A DNA stretch of 62,684 nucleotides, counting the filler, from an uncultured bacterium (GTDB taxonomy: Bacteria > DYJV01), in the NCBI GenBank assembly GCA_964543655.1. It is 3 parts of 3 records of this genome, joined end to end, with 100 filler letters (N's around TTAATTAATTAA, not from the genome) between each part and the next. Parts side by side here need not be neighbours in the genome. Positions count along the whole stretch, not along the records: positions 1 to 29,357 come from CAZIZE010000083.1; 2 more parts are not named here. The stretch is one strand, 5' to 3'. Position 1 is the first letter of the stretch; every line of letters begins with the position of its first letter. The position numbers and the translations under genes were made by a program. The notes beneath the pieces were generated by a model that did not search any database, was not told the DNA's origin, and was given only the letters and a program-made list of their open reading frames with translations. Positions 1 to 10,803 of this stretch are shown here, piece after piece.

Positions 1-542
1 TATCACTATCCTTTATCACTCCATAAAAATTTCTCAATATACTCCTTGCTTTTATTGCCATTTCCTGATTGGTGATATTATCCAATATCGGTTTATCATA
101 TTCATCTATTAAAATTACTACTTTGGATTGGTATTTTTGATAAGATTTCTTTATTAATTCTTTGAAACAAAATTTACATTTGAATATTTTTACATTCTAT
201 TTCAAGTGATTCAATGTTTTCATTTAAAATATACTCTATTTCATCAAAAATAATTTTTTCTTCAGAATAATCACCACTACCAAAGCTTATTCTAATAACA
301 GGATGAGGCTTAAAATCATATTCGTCATAAATATAAAGTCCTTTAAAAAGTTCTCTACTGCCAAGGAATATCTCTGATAATGTATCAAGGAAAAGTGATT
401 TGCCAAACCTCCTTGGACGGGATAGAAAATAATACTTGCCTGAATTTATTAATTTATGGGCAAAACCTGTTTTATCAACATATAAATAGTTTTCCTGGAT
501 TATTTCACTAAAGGTCTGAATGCCTATGGGAAGTTTCTTCAT
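1..542 (-). pseudogene. AAA-ATPase-like protein, frameshifted, runs off the window edge
   Basis: N-terminus KKLPIGIQTF...YVDKT...SRPRRFGKS (Walker A) stops at 174. Walker B VVILIDEYDKP continues in a shifted frame from about 175 to 1. Confidence 0.8.
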
Positions 543-853
543 ATTGATAATTTATCAAAAAAAACAGATAAATTCAAGATTTAATTATTCATTAGTGTAA
601 ATTTTTATGATAAAGTAACCCAGTTTTTCATGAAAAATTCAACTTGTGCTAATAAAAAACGTCCAAATAAAGAAAATTTTTTAATCTTCCTTTTTCTCCA
701 TTTATTTGCCCAATTCTTATTTAATGCTATTGTTTTTATTTTATTTTGAGGTAAGAGGGGACTTTTTTTAAAAATATTTTATTTCTCTGTTATTAGAGGT
801 AATATTTTAAGATTTAAATTTTGATTTATCAAAATGGAAAATATCTTAATTTC

Positions 854-1690
854 TTACATCTTCATAGCGCCTATTGCATCACTTACTTTTACTATTGTGG
901 AAAAAATTCTGTTAATTTCCTGAACTGTTGTATCAACATCCACTATCTTTGAAAATATACTTGATAATACTTGTGCATTTTCATCAATTGCAATGGTAAG
1001 TTGATTAATTGACATACCAATCTGGTCAGAAGCTTCTTTGTTGGATGCAAAAGTTGCTCTAACACCTACAATATCATTTTCAAAAGTATTTAAAACCTTC
1101 GTAAGTTCCTCTATATCAACAACTGCTTTTGAAATTCTTTTGGTAAAATCCTTTAAAACTCTTGAAATATTTTTGGTCAGGCTGTTTGTATTTTCAGAAA
1201 GCTTTCTAATCTCTTCAGCAACAACAGCAAAACCTCTTCCAGCATCCCCTACCCTTGCTGCTTCAATAGCTGCATTAAGAGCAAGAAGATTAGTCTGGTC
1301 AGCAATATCAGAAATATCAACTACAAATTTATTAATATTTTCTGCAGCCTCTCCTAATGAATTAATCTCTTTTGAAGTAAAATTAACCTTTTCTGTAACA
1401 TTTTTTATATCTTCAATTCTCTCTGAAAAAGCTTCATCTATTTTATCATTTTCTTCTAAAATGATTTTCATCTTTTCATTTACATCATTTACATTTTGAG
1501 TCATCTGACGCAATGTTGCTTCCAATTCTTCAACAGCAGTTGCAATTGCATCAGTATCACTCATAATTCTTGAAAAATTACTACCAATAAGGTCAAGAGT
1601 ACTTTTGAGCATAGAGTCAAGAATAGAAGCTTTTACAACACTTTTAGAAATATTTTTAAAAGAATTAAAATTATCCATTTTTCTACCCAT
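854..1690 (-). CDS. Soluble methyl-accepting chemotaxis protein, signalling domain only
   Basis: [36 protein letters not shown] hairpin tip; no transmembrane segment. Confidence 0.92.
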   Translation of the reverse strand: MGRKMDNFNSFKNISKSVVKASILDSMLKSTLDLIGSNFSRIMSDTDAIATAVEELEATLRQMTQNVNDVNEKMKIILEENDKIDEAFSERIEDIKNVTEKVNFTSKEINSLGEAAENINKFVVDISDIADQTNLLALNAAIEAARVGDAGRGFAVVAEEIRKLSENTNSLTKNISRVLKDFTKRISKAVVDIEELTKVLNTFENDIVGVRATFASNKEASDQIGMSINQLTIAIDENAQVLSSIFSKIVDVDTTVQEINRIFSTIVKVSDAIGAMKM

Positions 1691-2483
1691 AAATTGTATT
1701 TATTATATCAACTCCAACTTTTAAATTTCGCAACCAATTTAAAAAAGTTTGTGATGTCTGCTTATCTGGAAAAATTGAACCATGTTGTGGAGCAATCATT
1801 TGAATATCATATTTAGCAATTTTATTTAAATATGCTTTTATTGCAATATTCGAACTTAAGAATCTTTTATGAAAATCTTCCATTAACTTAACATGCTCAT
1901 TAAAATTCTCAACAAAAAGGTATCTTTTGTTAACTGGAAATAGTGCTGCACCAATATCACCTGTAAATAAAATTTTCGATTTATTATCAAATAAAGTAAA
2001 ATTACCAGTTGAATGTAAGAAATGTGCTGGCACTATATCAAGTCTTGTCCCAGAGGAAAAACTAATATTACCTCCTCTATCCTCAATTGGAATAATTCTT
2101 TTACTATCATAAATTCCAAAATGAGGTAAAAAACGAACCCACCACTTTGAAATAAAAACCTTTGCATTAGTAACACTTAACCAGAGAGATATTCCTGAAG
2201 ATACATCAGGATCTTGATGGGTAAAGAAAATATATTTGATTTTGTCTAAATCAATATATCTTGATACATTTCCAACAACTCTTGAAAAAACATGAATACC
2301 ACCTGGATCAAGAAGAACTCCTTCACCTTTGTTTATAATAATATATTGGTTAACCTGAACCATGCCTTCTTCTTCTTTTTCTTCCCAACCAAGCCAGATA
2401 AATTTATGACCATCTTCATCAAAAAGAACCTCACCCTTCACAATATCCACTTCATCATTGCTTTTAATTAAATAATCAGGCAT
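1683..2483 (-). CDS. MBL-fold oxygen-binding di-iron protein (ODP-like)
   Basis: THQDPD, AHFLHS, FTGDIG and PQHG motifs; no flavodoxin domain; overlaps the MCP gene. ATG at 2483 follows a GGGG SD. Confidence 0.85.
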   Translation of the reverse strand: MPDYLIKSNDEVDIVKGEVLFDEDGHKFIWLGWEEKEEEGMVQVNQYIIINKGEGVLLDPGGIHVFSRVVGNVSRYIDLDKIKYIFFTHQDPDVSSGISLWLSVTNAKVFISKWWVRFLPHFGIYDSKRIIPIEDRGGNISFSSGTRLDIVPAHFLHSTGNFTLFDNKSKILFTGDIGAALFPVNKRYLFVENFNEHVKLMEDFHKRFLSSNIAIKAYLNKIAKYDIQMIAPQHGSIFPDKQTSQTFLNWLRNLKVGVDIINTIYG

Positions 2484-2500
2484 TTTATCCCCCAAATATT

Positions 2501-3166
2501 TTAAACAAATCTTGTTTTTTCAAGGATACTTACCACATTAAATCCTTCTGCATTTACATCATCAACTATCTTTTTAATATTTTCTGTTACAACACTTCTA
2601 ACTATAATATGTTTTTTATGCAGATACTGTGGTAAATCCATAACAGAGATTACCTTTAATTCTGCTCCATGTTTATTAACAATTTCTGCTATTTTAATAA
2701 GTGCCTCATTCACTTTGTCATCTGGAACTTCCACAGTTATTCTTGATGCCTCTACATCAAGACCATTCATCTGAACCATAACGTTAAAAAGATCATTTGA
2801 AGTTATAAAACCAACAAGTTTTTTACCATCCACTACTGGCAAGCCACCAATTTGATATTTGTGCATTGTATATGCAGCAGCTTCAAATGAAAAATCTGAA
2901 GGAATTGTAATAACCTTTTTATGCATAACATCTTTTACTGTCATTTTAGAGAGAAGATAGTTAAGCTCATATATACTTAAAGTAGTTGCTTTTGATGGAG
3001 TAGCTTCCTTTAAACCTCTACGTGTAACTATTCCTACTAATTTTCCACCATCAACTATAGGCATTCTTTTTATATTATTTTCTTTCATAATTTTCAGTGC
3101 GTCATAAATTGATGTGTTACTTGGAACTGCAATAACATTTGTTCTCATAAAATCTCTTACTCTCAT
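2501..3166 (-). CDS. CBS-pair + ACT domain protein (AcuB-like)
   Basis: Two CBS repeats with ATPSKATTLSIYELNYLL and a C-terminal ACT-like domain. Confidence 0.88.
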   Translation of the reverse strand: MRVRDFMRTNVIAVPSNTSIYDALKIMKENNIKRMPIVDGGKLVGIVTRRGLKEATPSKATTLSIYELNYLLSKMTVKDVMHKKVITIPSDFSFEAAAYTMHKYQIGGLPVVDGKKLVGFITSNDLFNVMVQMNGLDVEASRITVEVPDDKVNEALIKIAEIVNKHGAELKVISVMDLPQYLHKKHIIVRSVVTENIKKIVDDVNAEGFNVVSILEKTRFV

Positions 3167-3252
3167 TCTTAACTCCTTTTAAATTGATATTTTAAACTAT
3201 AAATTATTGACAAAAAAGTCAAGGATTAAGTTGAAAAGTTTTACCTATTATT

Positions 3253-3279
3253 AAAAAAGGGCTTTATAAAGCCCCTTTT
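3253..3279 (-). terminator. Intrinsic terminator after the CoA ligase gene
   Basis: GGGCTTT-AT-AAAGCCC hairpin flanked by A/T runs. Confidence 0.75.
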
Positions 3280-4552
3280 AATCCCACTTCCTCTTATCTT
3301 CTATAAGTTTATCATCATCTTTTATAAATCCAGGTTCAACAAAATCTACCTCACCTTTTAATTTAAAAATATCTCTAATTGCACCTAAAATCTTCTCTTT
3401 AAAAGTCTCTGTTGGTGGAATATCTTTTGCCAGTTCACAGTAAAAAGTCATAATATCATAATCATTTTCCCTTGTAATAACAATTTTCCCTTTAACAAGG
3501 TACTCAAATTTATTTAAAAGTTCTTTTACCTGACCTGGATGGATAAACATACCTCTAACTTTTGTAACCATATCCACCCTGCCAACTATTTTTTCTATTC
3601 TAAAAGAGGTTCTTCCACAACCACATTCTTCTTCTGTATGAACAATAAGATCTCCAGTACCTAATCTAATTAAAGGATATGTCCTGTTTCCAAGAGTTGA
3701 TACCACAAGCTCTCCTGGCTCTCCAGGTTTGCAATGTTTACCAGTATCAGGATTAACAACTTCCACAAGCCTGTTCTCAGAAAAGTGGATACCTGCTTTG
3801 CAGTAACATTCATAACCAATTCCACCCATATCAGCAGTTGCAAAAAATTGCCTTACAAGAATATGGTAAACCTCTTCAAATTCTTTTCTCATAGATGTAG
3901 GTAACATTTCACCAGCAACACATGCTATTTTTAAATTAAAATCTTTATTCCAATCATAACCCATTTTTTCAGCTTTTTTTATTAACATATGGAGAAATGA
4001 TGGAGTACCAATGTAACCTGTAACCTGTAAATTTTTTAAAGTTTGAATTTGAATCTCTGTGTTTCCAACTCCTGTTGGTATTGTGGTACAACCAAGGTTT
4101 TTTAAAGCTTCATCGCAAAAAATCCCTGCTGGTGTTAAATGGTAACTAAAGGTATCAATCACTCTATCACCTTCAAGAAATCCTACATTTGTAAAAATTT
4201 CCCTTAAATTCCAGTAATCATCTGCATCTCCTTCTGGGTCATATATTGGTCCAGGTGAAACATAAATTCTCTTTAACTTTGCTCCATTTGCAAGCATTCC
4301 ACCAAAAGGATAATTAGACTTATGAATATTTACAATATTAGATTTGTTTGTTTTAGGAATAGCTGTAATATCATCATAAGATTTAATATCATTAACATCA
4401 AAATCTTTTCCAAAAAGATTTTTATAATACTCACAATTATTGTATGCAAACTCTAAATCTTTTTTAAACTGGTTAAATTGTCTCTCCATCCTCTCTTCAG
4501 TAGAAGAGCACTCCTTTTCTTTGTCATAATATTTTAATCTTCCTTCTGTCAT
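3278..4552 (-). CDS. Phenylacetate-CoA ligase family protein
   Basis: SPGPIYDP, GTPSFL, YPLIRLGTGD and GRVD motifs. ATG at 4552 preferred over GTG at 4564. Confidence 0.85.
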   Translation of the reverse strand: MTEGRLKYYDKEKECSSTEERMERQFNQFKKDLEFAYNNCEYYKNLFGKDFDVNDIKSYDDITAIPKTNKSNIVNIHKSNYPFGGMLANGAKLKRIYVSPGPIYDPEGDADDYWNLREIFTNVGFLEGDRVIDTFSYHLTPAGIFCDEALKNLGCTTIPTGVGNTEIQIQTLKNLQVTGYIGTPSFLHMLIKKAEKMGYDWNKDFNLKIACVAGEMLPTSMRKEFEEVYHILVRQFFATADMGGIGYECYCKAGIHFSENRLVEVVNPDTGKHCKPGEPGELVVSTLGNRTYPLIRLGTGDLIVHTEEECGCGRTSFRIEKIVGRVDMVTKVRGMFIHPGQVKELLNKFEYLVKGKIVITRENDYDIMTFYCELAKDIPPTETFKEKILGAIRDIFKLKGEVDFVEPGFIKDDDKLIEDKRKWD

Positions 4553-4582
4553 TTTAACCCCCACAAAATTTGTTATTATATA

Positions 4583-5449
4583 TTAAGAAAGCCATCTTTT
4601 TCTACGTCTGTAATGCTTTACATCTTTGTAACTTTTTTTACTACCAACTTCTGATAAACCAAGATAAAATTCTTTAACATCATCGTTGTTCCTGAGAACA
4701 TCAGCAGGTCCATCAAGCACAACTTTACCATTTTCCATAATATAACCATAATCAGAAATTTTCAATGCCATATTTGCATTCTGTTCAACAAGAAGAATAG
4801 TTGTCCCTTCTTTATTAATTTGCTGTATTGTCTCAAAAATCTCTTTAACAAGCAGAGGTGATAAACCAAGTGACGGCTCATCAAGAAGAAGTAACTTAGG
4901 TCGTGCCATAAGGGCTCTTCCAATTGCAAGCATTTGCTGCTCTCCACCACTAAGATAACCAGCTCTCATATTCATCCTTCTTTTAAGAGCTGGAAAAAGT
5001 TCATAAATATGCTCCTTGTCAGATTTTAAATTTTCTTTATCTTTCCTAATATAACTTCCTGCTACAAGGTTTTCATCAACTGTTAATTCTTTAAAAATTC
5101 TTCTCCCCTCCATAACCTGAAATATTCCTTTTTGAACAATATCTTCTGCATAACTGTTATTAATAACTTCACCTTCAAAAGTTATCTTGCCATCAGTAAC
5201 CTCACCATCCTCTGAAATTAAAAGCCCGGAAATTGCTTTCAGTGTTGTTGATTTACCAGCGCCATTTGAGCCAAGAAGTGCAATAATTTTTCCTTTTGGC
5301 ACTTGTAAAGATAAACCTTTTAAAACAAGTATTACTTCATTGTAAACAACCTCAATATTACTTACATCAAGCATAATTTCAAGATTTTCAAAAAACTTCT
5401 CTTTTTCTGATTTTTGCTCTGTTTTTTTCTTTTCAATAACTTCACTCAT
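4583..5449 (-). CDS. livF: Liv-type ABC transporter ATP-binding protein
   Basis: GSNGAGKST, LSGGEQQMLAIGRAL, LLLDEPSLGL. Confidence 0.92.
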   Translation of the reverse strand: MSEVIEKKKTEQKSEKEKFFENLEIMLDVSNIEVVYNEVILVLKGLSLQVPKGKIIALLGSNGAGKSTTLKAISGLLISEDGEVTDGKITFEGEVINNSYAEDIVQKGIFQVMEGRRIFKELTVDENLVAGSYIRKDKENLKSDKEHIYELFPALKRRMNMRAGYLSGGEQQMLAIGRALMARPKLLLLDEPSLGLSPLLVKEIFETIQQINKEGTTILLVEQNANMALKISDYGYIMENGKVVLDGPADVLRNNDDVKEFYLGLSEVGSKKSYKDVKHYRRRKRWLS

Positions 5450-5478
5450 ATTTAAACCTCTTTAATATTTTTTTGTTC

Positions 5479-5527
5479 TCTCACAGAACACATAGATTCC
5501 ACTATGAAACCTATGCCTTCTGTAAGA
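5479..5527 (-). other. Intercistronic mRNA hairpin (23-bp stem)
   Basis: On the minus strand 22 of 23 positions pair, four of them G-U, around a 3-nt loop. Confidence 0.7.
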
Positions 5528-5530
5528 CTA

Positions 5531-5557
5531 AAAGAAGGGGGAGTGTCCCCCCTTTTT
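5531..5557 (-). terminator. Terminator-like hairpin after the binding-protein gene
   Basis: GGGGGA-GTG-TCCCCC stem flanked by A/T-rich runs. Confidence 0.7.
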
Positions 5558-5558
5558 A

Positions 5559-6764
5559 TTATCTTTCAACTTTTATATAATCTGAAACAGGAACAAATTT
5601 TCCTTTCTGGAACTGATAAATTCTTAAACTTACAGAGCCTTTATGTGATTTTTTAGTAAAAGTAATAGGACCTGTTAAGCCACCTGTATCAAAATCTTTT
5701 AATGATTCTAATGCATTTTTAACTCCAACACCTGATAAATCACCTTTAGCAGCTGCTCTTTTAAGAGCTTCAGCCATTACGTACATAGCTGCAAAACCTT
5801 GACTGTAACATACAATTCTATCTTTTTTATTTGGATGATATGTTAAACTAACTTTTCTCATAAGTTGAACACCAGGTAAATTTGTATCATTCCAGAGACC
5901 AAATGGACATGTCCAATATACACCTTCTGCAGCATCACCAGCAAGTTTAGCAAATAACTTGTTCATACCCCAGTTAAGTGCAATAAACTTTGTTTTAAGT
6001 CCAAGTTTTTTAGCATCTTTTAAAATAGTAGCTGTTGCTTTTGTTTCCTGAACAATTGCCCACTCAGCTCCACTCTTTTTCATATTTAAAAGCTGTGATG
6101 TAGCTTCAAGAGCATTTAATGCAACAACTTCTGTGTCAACAACATCAACACCTATTTTTTTAGCATAAGCATCTGCTGCTGGGAAAAGCTTTCCTCTATA
6201 CTTTACTGTAAAAAATGGTGATCTTCCAAATCCTGTATCATTGTAGATAAAGCAAACTTTTGGTTTACCTTTTTTACCCATTTTCTCATGCTGTTGTTTG
6301 ATGAACTTTAAAGCAACTCTTGCCTGATCAGCATATGTAACACCAATGAGGAAATTATATGGAGTTAAAGATGGATCAGTTAAATGCTCTGAATATGAAG
6401 CTGACATATAAGGAATTTTATCTCTTGTTATTAATGGAGAAAGAGCTTCTGTATCACCAGTACCCCAACCTTGAATAGCAATTGCTTTACCTTGTAATGT
6501 TTTATATGCTGCTAATGCCTGAGGAATTTTATACTGATAATCTGTGTCTAATAGTTTGATTTTCATACCATTAATTCCACCATGATCATTGATCCACTTA
6601 ACATAATCTCTAACACCTTCTGCATAAGGAGCACCAACTGCACCTGTTCCACCAGTGATATCAAAGATACCACCAATTACAATTTCTTTAGGTTTTGCAA
6701 ATCCAACTGTTGCAATCATAACAAAACCTAACAATGCTACTAAAAAACCTGTAAATCTCTTCAT
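5559..6764 (-). CDS. Liv-type ABC substrate-binding protein
   Basis: Signal peptide MKRFTGFLVALL...GFA after an AAGGAGG SD (start 6764, not 6884); GWGTGDTEAL motif. Confidence 0.9.
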   Translation of the reverse strand: MKRFTGFLVALLGFVMIATVGFAKPKEIVIGGIFDITGGTGAVGAPYAEGVRDYVKWINDHGGINGMKIKLLDTDYQYKIPQALAAYKTLQGKAIAIQGWGTGDTEALSPLITRDKIPYMSASYSEHLTDPSLTPYNFLIGVTYADQARVALKFIKQQHEKMGKKGKPKVCFIYNDTGFGRSPFFTVKYRGKLFPAADAYAKKIGVDVVDTEVVALNALEATSQLLNMKKSGAEWAIVQETKATATILKDAKKLGLKTKFIALNWGMNKLFAKLAGDAAEGVYWTCPFGLWNDTNLPGVQLMRKVSLTYHPNKKDRIVCYSQGFAAMYVMAEALKRAAAKGDLSGVGVKNALESLKDFDTGGLTGPITFTKKSHKGSVSLRIYQFQKGKFVPVSDYIKVER

Positions 6765-6810
6765 GTTACCCTCCTTAAAAATTTTATTTTTTGGGGAAAT
6801 CCCCATACAA

Positions 6811-7863
6811 CTAATAAGAAAATGGCCATAATTTCCAGTATGCTTTAATGAGATTCCATCTGTGTGCCATTCCTTTTGGCTCATAAATTAAGAAAAGGAT
6901 AATAACCAGACCAAAAACCCCTTCTCTTAATGCAGCAAAAATATTAATAATTGCAGGATAACTCTGAGATACAACACCTGAAATAAACCTTAAAAACTCA
7001 GGTAAAGCAATCATAAACACAGCACCAAAAATTGAGCCAAGTATACTCCCAAGTCCACCAATAATTATCATAGCAAGATACTCAATTGATACACCAATTG
7101 TAAAATGCTCTGGAGTTATTAAGGTAAGGTAATGAGCCCATAAACTACCAGCAATACCTGCATAAAATGAGCTAATTGCAAAAGCATAAAGTTTATATCT
7201 AAAAATATCTACCCCTATAATTTCTGCAGCAATATAGTTGTCCCTAATTGCTACAAAAGCTCTACCTGTTTTTGTTCGAATAATATTTTTTGCAAATATT
7301 GTTAATATAATTGCAATTGTTACAGATAGGTAGAAATAGCTTTTATCTGTATTAAATGCAAAACTGCCTATATGAGGAGAATCAACCATTTTACCAAGCA
7401 CACCATTGGTAACCGCTTCCCAGTGAACAATTATATATTCAATAATAAATTGTGCAGCAAGAGTTGCAATTGCAAGGTATAATCCCTTTAACCTTAAAGA
7501 AGGGATACCAAAGATCATACCAATAACAGCAGTTACAACACCAGCAAGAGGCATTGCTATCCAGAATGACATTCCAAGATTGGATGTAAAATATGCACAT
7601 GCATAAGCACCTATTCCAATAAAAGCACCATGCCCAAGAGATATTTGACCTGCAAACCCTGTGAGAATATTAAGACCAATAGCGCCAATAACTCCAATAG
7701 CCATTAAATTCGCTACATACAATAAATATTTTCCACCAAATAGCGGGAATATATATAGCAGCACTAAAAATCCGTAGAGGCAAAATTTATGAAATTTAGT
7801 TTGATAAATTTCCATGTCTTTTTCATAAGTTTCCTTAAAATTACCACATACTCCATATTCCAT
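6811..7863 (-). CDS. livM: Liv-type ABC permease
   Basis: GLNILTGFAGQISLGHGAF, LRLKGLYLAIATLA. Confidence 0.92.
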   Translation of the reverse strand: MEYGVCGNFKETYEKDMEIYQTKFHKFCLYGFLVLLYIFPLFGGKYLLYVANLMAIGVIGAIGLNILTGFAGQISLGHGAFIGIGAYACAYFTSNLGMSFWIAMPLAGVVTAVIGMIFGIPSLRLKGLYLAIATLAAQFIIEYIIVHWEAVTNGVLGKMVDSPHIGSFAFNTDKSYFYLSVTIAIILTIFAKNIIRTKTGRAFVAIRDNYIAAEIIGVDIFRYKLYAFAISSFYAGIAGSLWAHYLTLITPEHFTIGVSIEYLAMIIIGGLGSILGSIFGAVFMIALPEFLRFISGVVSQSYPAIINIFAALREGVFGLVIILFLIYEPKGMAHRWNLIKAYWKLWPFSY

Positions 7864-7887
7864 ATTTACTACTTACCCTCCTTATAT

Positions 7888-8772
7888 TTAAACTTTTTCT
7901 ATTTCTTCTGTTCCAAACAGACCGTATGGTTTAACCATTAAAATAAATACAAGAACAATAAATGGAGCAACCTCTTTAATACCAGGGATAATTGGGTCAA
8001 GGTAACCTCCACATAGGTTCTCAAGAATACCTATAATCAACCCACCAATAATAGCTCCACCAATACTATCAAGACCTCCAAGAATAACAACAGGAAAAAC
8101 CTTTAATCCATAGAAACTTAACGAAACATTTATACCATTAATGTTACCAATTAATATTCCACCTACAGCTGCAACAACAGCAGCAATACACCATGCAAGT
8201 GCAAACACTTTCTTAATACTAATACCCATACTCATTGCAGCCTGTTGATCATCAGCAGTAGCTCTCATTGCAATACCACTTCTGTTGTATTTGAAAAAAA
8301 GTGTAAATATTCCAAGGAATATAGCTGCAAAAACTATACTATAAATATAAACTTCTGAAATGCCTATATGTTTGGTAATGTGAATAGGTTTCTCTGAAAA
8401 AATTTGGGGAAAAACCTTTGTCTGAGTACCCCAAAAAATAGCAATTATAGATCTAATAACACTTGATAAACCAATGGTTAGCATAATAATAGAGATAATT
8501 GGCTCTCCAATCATTGGCCTTAAAAATAGACGCTCTATCAAAAGACCTATTATAGCACAAACTATTAATGTTAGAAAAAAAGCTATCCAGAATGGAATAT
8601 GAAAACCAACAACCATTTGCAAACAAATATAAGCCCCAAGCATTAAAAACTCACCTTGAGCAAAGTTAATTACAGATGTTGACTTATAAATAAGCACAAA
8701 CCCAAGGGCAACAAGTGCATAAATACTTCCAAGCACTATACCTGTTATTATTAATTGAATAAACTGCTCCAT
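7888..8772 (-). CDS. livH: Liv-type ABC permease
   Basis: GSIYALVALGFVLIY...INFAQGE. Confidence 0.92.
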   Translation of the reverse strand: MEQFIQLIITGIVLGSIYALVALGFVLIYKSTSVINFAQGEFLMLGAYICLQMVVGFHIPFWIAFFLTLIVCAIIGLLIERLFLRPMIGEPIISIIMLTIGLSSVIRSIIAIFWGTQTKVFPQIFSEKPIHITKHIGISEVYIYSIVFAAIFLGIFTLFFKYNRSGIAMRATADDQQAAMSMGISIKKVFALAWCIAAVVAAVGGILIGNINGINVSLSFYGLKVFPVVILGGLDSIGGAIIGGLIIGILENLCGGYLDPIIPGIKEVAPFIVLVFILMVKPYGLFGTEEIEKV

Positions 8773-8774
8773 AT

Positions 8775-10754
8775 TTACTCTCCTTTATAATCTCTTACTT
8801 TTAAAACTGTTTTTATTGTAGCTGTTTTACCATCTTGAAATTTAATAACATCTTCTATATCTATCTCTTTTTCGCCACTATACATTCCCTCAATAACTTT
8901 GCTGTATCTCTCCTCAACATATTTTCTTCTAACTTTTCCAGTTCTTGTAAGCTCATCATCATCTGCATGCAATTCTTTATATAGTAATACAAATCTCTTG
9001 ATTTTAGATACATCAGGAAGAGTCCGGTTAACCTTAACAACTTCCTGCTCTATAAACTCCTGAACTTTCTCATTAGCAGAGAGATTTGTATAGGTTGTAT
9101 ACTCTATTCTCTGTGTTTCAGCCCACTTACCAACAATACCATAGTCAATACATATCATTGCAACAATAAAATCTCTATTATGTCCAATACAAACTGCTTC
9201 TTTAATATATGGACTAAATTTAAGTTTATTTTCAATAAATTGAGGTGAAAACTTGGTTCCATCTCTTAAAGTCATAACATCTTTTACTCTGTCAATAACA
9301 ACAAGGTGGCCATTCTCATTAAAATACCCTGCATCTCCCGAGTATAACCAACCATCTTTAACTGTTTCTTTTGTTGCTTCTTCATTTTTATAATATCCAA
9401 CAAAAACCGAAGGGCTTTTTGATATAATTTCACCATCTTCTGTGATTTTAATATAAGTCTGAGGTATTGGCTTACCAACAGAATCAAAATCTATATCACC
9501 ATCTCTGTGAATACATGAAATACCAGCAATTTCTGTTTGACCATAAATCTGCTTTAATTCAATTCCAAGAGCATGGAAAAATCTGAAAGTATCTGGACCA
9601 AGTGCAGCTCCACCAGTAGTTGCACTTCTCATTCTTGAGAAACCAAGCCTATCTTTTAATGCTCTAAAAACAAAGATGTAAGCCAGCCAATATTTAATCT
9701 TCTCCATCAAAGGCGGTGTTTTTTTCTGAAATTTATAATCTGCCCATCTATATCCAATAGGTAAACATTTATTGAAAAACCACCTTTTTATTGGTGAAGC
9801 ATCAAGAATTTTAACCTGCACTGTGGCTGCAAGGTTTTCCCAAACTCTTGGTGGTGAAAACATAAGATTAGGACCAATTTCTCTAATATTTTCATTGGTG
9901 GTTTCAACTTCTTCTGGAAAATTAACTGTAAAATTAAAAAGAAGTGAACTTGCTATACACATCATCTGCTCACCAACCCATGCAAGAGGTAAAAATGAAA
10001 CAAATTCATCAGTTTCATATTTTCTATCAACAATCCCTAAGTTATATGCCATTGTTAAAAGATTGTGATGTGAAAGCATAGCAAGCTTTGGAAAACCTGT
10101 GGTTCCGGATGTAGTACATATCTGAGCAACATCGTAAGGGTCAGTTTCTTCTATTATTTTCTCAAAATTAATATTGTGCTCCTTTTCATATTTTTTCCCA
10201 AGTTCTTCTACTTCCCAAAACGGCATAAGAATAGGGTCATTATATTTCCACATGCCTTTTGGGTCATGGTATATTATTTTTTGAACTTTAGGAAATTGAT
10301 CTTTAATTTCTAAAGCTTTATCAACCTGCTCTTGATCTTCAGCAATTACAAATTTACTATCTGAATGGTCAATAATATACGCCACTTCTTTAACTATAGA
10401 ATCTTGATAAATTCCTATAGCACAACCTCTCAAACATTGTGCAGCAAGCTCACCATAAACCCATTCTGGCCTGTTATCACTAATAATGGAAATTTTATCA
10501 TCTTTTTCAAAACCAAGTGCTTTTAAACCAAGGGCAAAGTATTTAACATGATTATAATAATCCTCCCATGTGTATGTTTGCCATATTCCAAACTCTTTTT
10601 CTCTAAGGGCTACTTTATTTTTACCAAATTTTTTATAAGCCCTTAACAATAATTTGGGAAAAGTCATTCTATCAATATCAATATCTGGAAGATAATCTGC
10701 AGGTGGCTTCTCCCACTCCTTTTCCCAATCAATGTTCTTTGTTCCATTGCTCAT
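8775..10754 (-). CDS. Long-chain acyl-CoA synthetase family protein
   Basis: TSGTTGFPK, YGQTE, GWLYSGDAG, IDRVKD. Confidence 0.9.
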   Translation of the reverse strand: MSNGTKNIDWEKEWEKPPADYLPDIDIDRMTFPKLLLRAYKKFGKNKVALREKEFGIWQTYTWEDYYNHVKYFALGLKALGFEKDDKISIISDNRPEWVYGELAAQCLRGCAIGIYQDSIVKEVAYIIDHSDSKFVIAEDQEQVDKALEIKDQFPKVQKIIYHDPKGMWKYNDPILMPFWEVEELGKKYEKEHNINFEKIIEETDPYDVAQICTTSGTTGFPKLAMLSHHNLLTMAYNLGIVDRKYETDEFVSFLPLAWVGEQMMCIASSLLFNFTVNFPEEVETTNENIREIGPNLMFSPPRVWENLAATVQVKILDASPIKRWFFNKCLPIGYRWADYKFQKKTPPLMEKIKYWLAYIFVFRALKDRLGFSRMRSATTGGAALGPDTFRFFHALGIELKQIYGQTEIAGISCIHRDGDIDFDSVGKPIPQTYIKITEDGEIISKSPSVFVGYYKNEEATKETVKDGWLYSGDAGYFNENGHLVVIDRVKDVMTLRDGTKFSPQFIENKLKFSPYIKEAVCIGHNRDFIVAMICIDYGIVGKWAETQRIEYTTYTNLSANEKVQEFIEQEVVKVNRTLPDVSKIKRFVLLYKELHADDDELTRTGKVRRKYVEERYSKVIEGMYSGEKEIDIEDVIKFQDGKTATIKTVLKVRDYKGE

Positions 10755-10803
10755 AATCTCAAATCCCCCTTAAATTTATATAAATTTTTTTTAAGCAGAA
10801 AAA

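Noticed and set aside
607-778. Open minus-strand frame of about 55 codons between the AAA and MCP genes
   Set aside because: No start codon or SD near its 5' end and no recognisable motif.
1038-1499. Antisense and nested ORFs (also 9772, 10957, 19975, 28111, 43996, 57724-61528 and others)
   Set aside because: Shadows of well-supported genes on the opposite strand or frame.
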